Positions 7,770-13,461 of a stretch of DNA of 13,461 nucleotides are shown here, piece by piece. Positions within the stretch are counted from its first letter, which is position 1; the number at the start of each line of letters is the position of its first letter. Source of the DNA: an uncultured archaeon. GTDB taxonomy: Archaea; Asgardarchaeota; Heimdallarchaeia; Heimdallarchaeales; Kariarchaeaceae. The stretch spans positions 25,002 to 38,462 of the forward strand of contig CAZYCQ010000033.1 in NCBI GenBank assembly GCA_964645535.1, read 5' to 3'. The notes under the pieces were generated by a model. That model saw only the letters and a program-made list of their open reading frames with translations, did not search any database and was not told where the DNA came from. Made by a program: the position numbers and the translations under genes.

Positions 7770-8609
7770 ATGGATTTAATTGTCAATCCTGAAGAAGTCA
7801 TTGCCACTGATTGCCTATTCCTTGATACACAATTCGTGTTGGGAGATCCAAAAGGGGGATATTCCCTTTATTTGGAGAGGCATATTCCCAATGCGATTTT
7901 TGTTGATTTGGATGGGGTTCTTTGTGGGGAAATAACCGAAAAAACTGGCAGACATCCCCTTCCGGATCTCAAGAAATTTGTTTCCTTTTTAGAACAGAAT
8001 GGGATTGACATGAACAATAAAATCGTTGTATATGATAATGGTGGGGGCGGTTTTGCCGCAAGATTATGGTGGATGTTGAGGACATTGGGATTTGAACACG
8101 TCGCGGTACTTAATGGTGGGATTGACTATTGGGTTAGGAAAGGTTTTCCCATTGCTTCTGGCACTGAAAATGTGGATCGAACTCCTGTCATTCTGCATGA
8201 CCTTCCTACTACTTGGCAAGAGGGTCTTTATCCAATTATTGACGCAAAACAATTGAAAAAAGGTATCCTGAATGATTCCTTGGTTCCCATTGACAGCAGG
8301 AACCATGAAAGATATCTTGGTCTTGAAAAAGGACCCGACTTCATGGCAGGACGCATTCCAAAAGCCCTTAACCTTCCATGGGGTGAACATCTCGACAATG
8401 ATGGAAAATTACTTCCAAAGGAGAATCTCAAAAACAGATTTAGCAAAATAGTATCGAAACAAAATGTATTCTATTGTGGATCTGGGGTGACTGCTTGCTT
8501 TAATGTACTTTTGGCAGAATGGCTTGGTTTTGGCAGGATACCTCTTTATCCTGGTTCTTGGAGCGAATGGATTCGTTTATACCCGGATTTCGTCGAAGTT
8601 GCAACATAA
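7770..8609 (+). CDS. sseA: Tandem-rhodanese sulfurtransferase (thiosulfate/3-mercaptopyruvate sulfurtransferase family)
   Basis: HIPNAIFVDLD, GRHPLP, VVYD, AARLWWML, LNGG, GRIPKALNLPW, active-site loop YCGSGVTAC and YPGSWSEW. Start moved to ATG 7770. Confidence 0.93.
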   Translation: MDLIVNPEEVIATDCLFLDTQFVLGDPKGGYSLYLERHIPNAIFVDLDGVLCGEITEKTGRHPLPDLKKFVSFLEQNGIDMNNKIVVYDNGGGGFAARLWWMLRTLGFEHVAVLNGGIDYWVRKGFPIASGTENVDRTPVILHDLPTTWQEGLYPIIDAKQLKKGILNDSLVPIDSRNHERYLGLEKGPDFMAGRIPKALNLPWGEHLDNDGKLLPKENLKNRFSKIVSKQNVFYCGSGVTACFNVLLAEWLGFGRIPLYPGSWSEWIRLYPDFVEVAT

Positions 8610-8685
8610 ATGTCATACTCCCATATTATAACAGTACATCCACTTTTGATATACCCAAAAACCATTCTTCATTTGGTAGTGCGAA

Positions 8686-9084
8686 ATGCTCCAACATATA
8701 ATGGTACTTTCTCCACAGGGTCCCTGCTTTGTCCATAGATCATTCACAAAGGACAGGGATGTTGATCCGCAAGTCTTGAGTGGTCTAGTCGCCGCTCATG
8801 AAAGTGGAAACAGATTTGTCAACATTGCCAAGATACTAAAAGCAGAACTCAACAGTGATGAGGAAATAAAGGTGGAAATCAAGAAGCACTACAACTATAT
8901 CTCTGCAGCAATTGCTTCCGGTTCGATTGATCAGGCCAAACTTTCAAAAACCTTGGAAAAGATCAATCAAGTGGCCTACGAAGCTTTGGGTAACCCTCAA
9001 AAACTTTATTCCGTAGATACAGAGAAGATTCGGAATGTAGAAAAGAAAATCGACATTCTCTTGTTAAAAGAGGGAGTCCTCTAA
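8686..9084 (+). CDS. Stand-alone longin-like (longin/roadblock superfamily) domain protein
   Basis: 132 aa with a beta-beta-alpha-beta-beta-beta-alpha-alpha pattern: MLQHIMVLSPQGPCFVHRSF, DPQVLSGLVAA, YISAAIAS, LSKTLEKI, EKKIDILL. This resembles Asgard longin proteins. Confidence 0.65.
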   Translation: MLQHIMVLSPQGPCFVHRSFTKDRDVDPQVLSGLVAAHESGNRFVNIAKILKAELNSDEEIKVEIKKHYNYISAAIASGSIDQAKLSKTLEKINQVAYEALGNPQKLYSVDTEKIRNVEKKIDILLLKEGVL

Positions 9085-9890
9085 TATTCTGCTGGAGAGA
9101 GCCTTCCACCGACATAATAGAATGATGCTTTCCTCCCTACACTTTCAGGTTTGTCATTGAATGCCATCACTTCGATTTCCAATACTGAGTTATTATTGAC
9201 CTGCTTCCTTGATACTTTCAGCACTCCATTGGCGGCATGTTCGATAGCCCTCATGATCTTCTCATCGTGGGCATCCCTATGGATTGAGAGAATGGTTGTA
9301 GAATTTTTGATCTTGTCCATGGCTCTACGATTTTGGATGAAACTATATACGTCTCTAAAGTCTCCTGACGAATAGATTATTGTAGACAAACTGAGACAAG
9401 CTCCTCGAATGCCAGTTGTTGGTCCTTCTTGGACATGGAGCAGTGATCTTCTGATTGCCTCATTGATTTCTCTGGGTTGGGTCAAATCCCTGACAGTCTC
9501 AATGCCGTCATCATGATTCATATCGGAAACTGATGATCCAAATCCAATTCCTCCTGATGATGATGTCAGACCTATCTGGTATGACCCGCTGAAGCCGTCT
9601 ATAAAACGTAGCCTTCCTGTCTGAAGTTCCATGTCTGGATTTCTTCCAAAAGTCTGGAATGTTTTCCTATAATGATCAAACGTTTGTTCAGTCGAAAGAA
9701 GGAAAATGTAATCCATAGCTTGGAGTCCATTGGCAAGAAATGACATGATGAAAGGGTCTGCATCTGCACCAATCTCATCTTCGATCAACCATGTTGTACC
9801 TCTTGGTAATCCTCCTCCTACAATTTCATCAAGTGTGGGCAAACCAAATTTACAAAGTTGGGTTATTCCACTTCCAATATTTGCGAACAT
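9081..9890 (-). CDS. KaiC/RAD55-family RecA-fold protein with degenerate Walker motifs
   Basis: FGLPTLDEIVGGGLPRGT, LSTEQ, GRLRFIDGFS and IEHAANGVL are KaiC/RAD55 hallmarks. The Walker A position reads EDEIGADAD and the Walker B position reads GACLSLS. Confidence 0.85.
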   Translation of the reverse strand: MFANIGSGITQLCKFGLPTLDEIVGGGLPRGTTWLIEDEIGADADPFIMSFLANGLQAMDYIFLLSTEQTFDHYRKTFQTFGRNPDMELQTGRLRFIDGFSGSYQIGLTSSSGGIGFGSSVSDMNHDDGIETVRDLTQPREINEAIRRSLLHVQEGPTTGIRGACLSLSTIIYSSGDFRDVYSFIQNRRAMDKIKNSTTILSIHRDAHDEKIMRAIEHAANGVLKVSRKQVNNNSVLEIEVMAFNDKPESVGRKASFYYVGGRLSPAEY

Positions 9891-9956
9891 AAATGGTTAT
9901 TGGGAAAATGGGTTTATGTACTGTTTGGGAAAATCATGCTGAAATGTCCAATTTCA

Positions 9957-10931
9957 CTATGGAGTTGACGTGCTATTGTCTGGAGGTGTCGGATTAAGGA
10001 TAACCGGGGTATTTTCTCCAATGATTATCAGATTCCCGAAAGATCCGATTTCCAATAAGGCTTGAATCCATAAGAAAGAAAGTAGTTCAGTGGAGGTCAG
10101 GTTCAATGCCTGTGCCAGTGCATAATATGCCTCACTTTGTGCTGTCAAGGTTATGTTGAGGGCTTTGGCTTGTGCTTCCATTTGAATGATGAATGCCTGG
10201 GCTGATGCATTCGCCTCAATCAAGGTGATGTTTGCTTGTGCTTGAGCTTCCAAAATCGCAGTTTGTGCCCTTACCAAAGCTGCCTGCTGCTCCAACCTTG
10301 CAATCTCAATTTCCTGCCTTGCAACCTCCGATCTTTCAATTGCATCTTCAAAAGAATCCGGAAGGTCGACATTTCTCAATTGAAAACCTGGCACATCCGT
10401 GAAAACGTCCAACAAGGCTTTTCTCAGAGTTTCTTCCATATCGAACCCGATCCCAGTTCGGTTATTGAAAAACTCGATGGCTGTATACTTACTGGATACG
10501 TCCCGTATCTCTTCCCTTGCGATTCTGATGAATGTAGCCTCATATAACTCTGCAAAATTCAGGTACAGCTCATAGACCTTATCCGGCAACAATTGATACT
10601 GAAAACTGATTTCAAGAGCAAGTGCAAGCCCATCCTTTGTTCTTCCAGTTATCTCGGTTGCTGTGCTATCCTCTGAGTTTTTGAACTCAATGGTTATCTG
10701 AATGGCTGGAAAATAGATAAAGGTGTGGAATAAACCGATATAGTGCCGGCCTGGACCATAGACCTCTGGAGAGACCTTACCTGTAAAAGTGTTCTTCTTT
10801 AGAGCGAGTTCGGTCTGCTCAACTTTCTTGAATGCTGAAAGGGCTAATACCCCTCCAAAAAAGAGCAGTCCGATGAGAATCACCGCACTAATCTTTCTTT
10901 TGTCAAGAGTAATATCACCATACTCTTCCAT
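9957..10931 (-). CDS. SPFH/band-7 (prohibitin/erlin-like) membrane protein
   Basis: N-terminal TM. SPFH core GPGRHY, RTKDGL.L.LEISFQY, FFNNR, QLRNVDLP..FEDAIE. Ala/Glu/Gln-rich coiled coil. Confidence 0.92.
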   Translation of the reverse strand: MEEYGDITLDKRKISAVILIGLLFFGGVLALSAFKKVEQTELALKKNTFTGKVSPEVYGPGRHYIGLFHTFIYFPAIQITIEFKNSEDSTATEITGRTKDGLALALEISFQYQLLPDKVYELYLNFAELYEATFIRIAREEIRDVSSKYTAIEFFNNRTGIGFDMEETLRKALLDVFTDVPGFQLRNVDLPDSFEDAIERSEVARQEIEIARLEQQAALVRAQTAILEAQAQANITLIEANASAQAFIIQMEAQAKALNITLTAQSEAYYALAQALNLTSTELLSFLWIQALLEIGSFGNLIIIGENTPVILNPTPPDNSTSTP

Positions 10932-10952
10932 AGTGTTGTAGTGAAAATAGGT

Positions 10953-10968
10953 TATTTATCCCTTTCGC
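10953..10968 (-). promoter_or_regulatory. BRE + TATA-like element of the SPFH gene
   Basis: Minus strand reads GCGAAAGG-GATAAATA, ending 22 nt upstream of the ATG at 10931. Confidence 0.5.
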
Positions 10969-11100
10969 ACAAAAAATCAATGGATGATCAAGAAATGATG
11001 AAAAGTTAATTCACCCAAATGATCACCAATTCATACCCATAAGGGGAAATTTCTGAAAAAAACATGGTTGGTTCTCATTTGCCCATTCAGATTGGGATTG

Positions 11101-11110
11101 TTTTATATAA
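11101..11110 (+). promoter_or_regulatory. TATA box of the surface protein gene
   Basis: TTTTATATAA, 22-31 nt upstream of ATG 11132. Confidence 0.6.
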
Positions 11111-11131
11111 TGAACAACGTTCAAAAAAGTA

Positions 11132-12067
11132 ATGAGACAAAAAATCTCAAATGCAACGATATTTTTCGCGTTGAGCTTACTGGTTGTCATGGCTCCAGTC
11201 GCCAATGCAGACTTACCATCGCATAGCTTGGAGGTAGGGGATTCTTTTCTCCATGATTTCTCTTTTAGCTATCAAGACTCAGTAAATGGCACAGATTTTG
11301 GTAATCAAACTGTTGCACCGGATGTGCTGAAAATCCTCAATCAGAAGCAGGTCAAGACAGTTGTCCATTCAATTGTCCCAAAAACTTCCTATTATCAGGT
11401 CAACTTCACTCATGAAAAAGACGATCTTCGGGTTCAAGGTTCCAGCGGTATCGATGACTGGCGCGGCATATATATTGGAGGAATTTTTATGGTTTTCTTC
11501 ATAACGTTTGGAATTCCTGATGCAGGTGATTTTGATGATGGCTTTTCATCTTCCAATGAGGTTACGGAATCATTTGCTCCTCTTTTTGCCTCCAATGATG
11601 AAAACACCTATTTGGAAATCATCCAACAAATAAATGAAGACAAAGAGGCTTTTGAAAACTCCACTTCAACTCCACCTGCTGGAGCAGAATTAGTCAACTC
11701 TGAAATTTCCATCGATTCAAACATTGATACTGCGAATCGAATTTTCAAAATGAATCTGAATATCAACTACAATGACAAAAGCAATGACACCACTGTTGAT
11801 TGGACAAGATCCGTTGAGTTTCTCTTTGACTTAGAAATTGACTACAATCAATCCATTGTTCGCAATATGCTATATGAAGCAAAAATAGAAATTGGATATG
11901 AAGACGCTTCACGTTTGTTTTTCCAAAGTTTAAGTATTGGAACCAGTTCCAATGATGGTGGCTTTTTAGACAACATTAGGGAACAGGTTTCATTGACCCC
12001 TGCAATCTTATTTGTTCTTCCCTCCATGATCTTCATCATCACAATCAGAAAAGCAAAACGGAAGTAG
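11132..12067 (+). CDS. Secreted, C-terminally anchored surface (glyco)protein
   Basis: Sec-type signal peptide ending ANA-D. Acidic S/T/N-rich body with six N-X-S/T sequons (NGT, NQT, NFT, NST, NDT, NQS). C-terminal TM followed by RKAKRK. Confidence 0.8.
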   Translation: MRQKISNATIFFALSLLVVMAPVANADLPSHSLEVGDSFLHDFSFSYQDSVNGTDFGNQTVAPDVLKILNQKQVKTVVHSIVPKTSYYQVNFTHEKDDLRVQGSSGIDDWRGIYIGGIFMVFFITFGIPDAGDFDDGFSSSNEVTESFAPLFASNDENTYLEIIQQINEDKEAFENSTSTPPAGAELVNSEISIDSNIDTANRIFKMNLNINYNDKSNDTTVDWTRSVEFLFDLEIDYNQSIVRNMLYEAKIEIGYEDASRLFFQSLSIGTSSNDGGFLDNIREQVSLTPAILFVLPSMIFIITIRKAKRK

Positions 12068-12293
12068 GTATTTTTCAAAGTTTTTCCATTTGCATAGTTT
12101 AAGTTTGTCTTACATGTCATAACTGGAAATTATGAGAATACTCCTTTGCCTGACAATTCTTATCTTGCGAACAATGGGGTTGATGACTATCAAAGTTACC
12201 ATGCCATTTACATAACTCGACAGGTAGTAAGTGGTTCAAGTCCGATTTGGGGAATCGTTTTTTTCATACTCTTTTACCTAGATTGATTAGGGG

Positions 12294-13070
12294 GTGATCC
12301 GTAACGAAGATGTGAATGCATTCCCCCTTACGGATGAAATCGGAATTGTTGAGGGTTGGCCGTTTCTCCATTTGAGTCGGGAATCCACGATTGTGTTGGG
12401 AGATATACACCTAGGTCACGAATCTATAATATTGGGTGATGACCTCACTCAACTGACCCCCTCCATCAAGATACTGAAAAAAGGACTTACAAAGGCAATT
12501 TCTAGTTTCTCAGTACGCCGGATCATTTTCAACGGTGACATCAAGCATCTTTCATATGGTGTAACTGGGCAAGAACGATTGGAATTGCGGTTTCTTCTTG
12601 AATCATTGGCCTCAAGGTGCGAATTGGTTCTAATCAAAGGGAATCATGATAGGTTTTTGAAATTTGCCTTGGACAATGATATCCGATCCTCTCTTCAGAT
12701 TGTTGAATCTTATGAATTCGATGATATTTTGATTTTACATGGTGATGCTGATATGATACTTCGACCTGATTGGAAAACCATAATTCTGAGTCATGAACAT
12801 CCCTCGTTTGTTTTCCATGGAAGTATTGGCGAAAGGATCAAGCTTCCTGCTTTCGCATTTTTCAGAGGTATGCTTGAAGGATTAACCAGAGATTTCATTA
12901 TTCTTCCTGCCGCAAGTGCCTTGGCAGGTGGTGTCTCCTTCCCTCCTCATTCACGAAACGAATTTCTATCCCCGTTGCTCAAAAGGCTAGAAACACCGAT
13001 TCAAATGTCATTGTATCCCTTTGATGAAACAACCGGTGTCATCCCTCTTCCAAGTGAGGTTGTTGGATAA
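12294..13070 (+). CDS. Calcineurin-like metallophosphoesterase, COG1407 (SbcD/Mre11-related) type
   Basis: Complete motif set GDIHLG, NGDIKH, KGNHD, HGD, HEHP, followed by KLPAF and ILPA. Confidence 0.9.
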   Translation: MIRNEDVNAFPLTDEIGIVEGWPFLHLSRESTIVLGDIHLGHESIILGDDLTQLTPSIKILKKGLTKAISSFSVRRIIFNGDIKHLSYGVTGQERLELRFLLESLASRCELVLIKGNHDRFLKFALDNDIRSSLQIVESYEFDDILILHGDADMILRPDWKTIILSHEHPSFVFHGSIGERIKLPAFAFFRGMLEGLTRDFIILPAASALAGGVSFPPHSRNEFLSPLLKRLETPIQMSLYPFDETTGVIPLPSEVVG

Positions 13071-13172
13071 ATGCTATCCAATGATTATTAATTTGGATAT
13101 GTTATTTTTTCTCTGCGGATTGATTGAATTATTGCATAAAATTTTGTCAATTGATGTGTTCTTCCACCATAT

Positions 13173-13183
13173 TCTATAAAAAG
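13173..13183 (+). promoter_or_regulatory. TATA-like element upstream of the YHS gene
   Basis: TATAAA at 13175-13180, 24-29 nt upstream of GTG 13204. Confidence 0.5.
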
Positions 13184-13203
13184 CTATAGTAAATTGATGA
13201 TAT

Positions 13204-13383
13204 GTGGCAAAAAAGAAGATAATCTATGGCGTGTGCGGGTCTCCCATATTGAAAAAAAAGCCTGATGAGGCGGATTATAAAGGGCATAAACTCTATTTCT
13301 GTACAAAAATCTGTTATGAACGATTTAAAGCAGATCCTGAAGGATTTCTCAAATCAAGCCATGTAAAATTGAAAATTGAATGA
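13204..13383 (+). CDS. YHS/TRASH-domain small metal-binding protein (59 aa; absent from the ORF track)
   Basis: Manual translation: MAKKKIIYGVCGSPILKKKPDEADYKGHKLYFCTKICYERFKADPEGFLKSSHVKLKIE*. It matches VCG..(x)n..YxGxxxYFCxxxCxxxFxxxP. Confidence 0.88.
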   Translation: MAKKKIIYGVCGSPILKKKPDEADYKGHKLYFCTKICYERFKADPEGFLKSSHVKLKIE

Positions 13384-13405
13384 AAGTGCACAATCAGATC
13401 GCCCG

Positions 13406-13461
13406 TCAGACTTCATCTACTTGCGTATCACTGACATGGTTATCATCATTTTGTGCGTATC
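13406..13461 (-). CDS. Possible 3' end of a minus-strand gene entering from the right edge
   Basis: Open frame ...YAQNDDNHVSDTQVDEV* with stop at 13408-13406, converging on the YHS gene. Too short to be sure. Confidence 0.3.
   Translation of the reverse strand, partial: YAQNDDNHVSDTQVDEV

Noticed and set aside
9081-9890. Circadian clock KaiC or RadA/RadB recombinase
   Set aside because: Single domain with dead Walker motifs, and no kaiB nearby.
12132-12215. 27-aa hydrophobic ORF MRILLCLTILILRTMGLMTIKVTMPFT
   Set aside because: Too short, with no supporting motif or clear promoter.
13422-13461. TGCGTATC repeated twice at the right edge, as a possible CRISPR or tandem array start
   Set aside because: Only 8 bp and two copies, probably within a coding tail.
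1-13461. tRNA/rRNA genes, transposases, integrases, defence systems
   Set aside because: No recognisable signature. Intergenic gaps are short and AT-rich. The metallophosphoesterase lacks a visible helicase, ligase or SMC partner.

Overview
This is an AT-rich, densely coded window with archaeal TATA-like elements about 25 nt upstream of apparently leaderless starts. Gene content (a stand-alone longin-like protein, a PCI-like domain, an archaeal-type TatA tail, a glycosylated surface protein) suggests an Asgard archaeon, possibly Heimdallarchaeia; this is inference. The left part holds the 3' end of a tetrathionate-reductase-A-like molybdoenzyme, then a tightly coupled tatA-tatC-[unknown membrane protein with coiled coil and PCI-like winged helix]-TorD-family chaperone cluster. 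The middle holds a DUF998-like protein, two hypotheticals, a maspardin(SPG21)-like alpha/beta hydrolase with an intact triad, and a two-domain sulfurtransferase. A convergent longin-like / inactive KaiC-RAD55 (Elp4-like) gene pair follows, flanked by an imperfect inverted repeat, and then an SPFH protein. The right part holds a surface glycoprotein, a COG1407-type metallophosphoesterase and a 59-aa YHS/TRASH protein missed by the ORF track. No RNA genes, CRISPR arrays or transposases were seen. All family calls come from motif recognition by eye and from memory, not from database searches.
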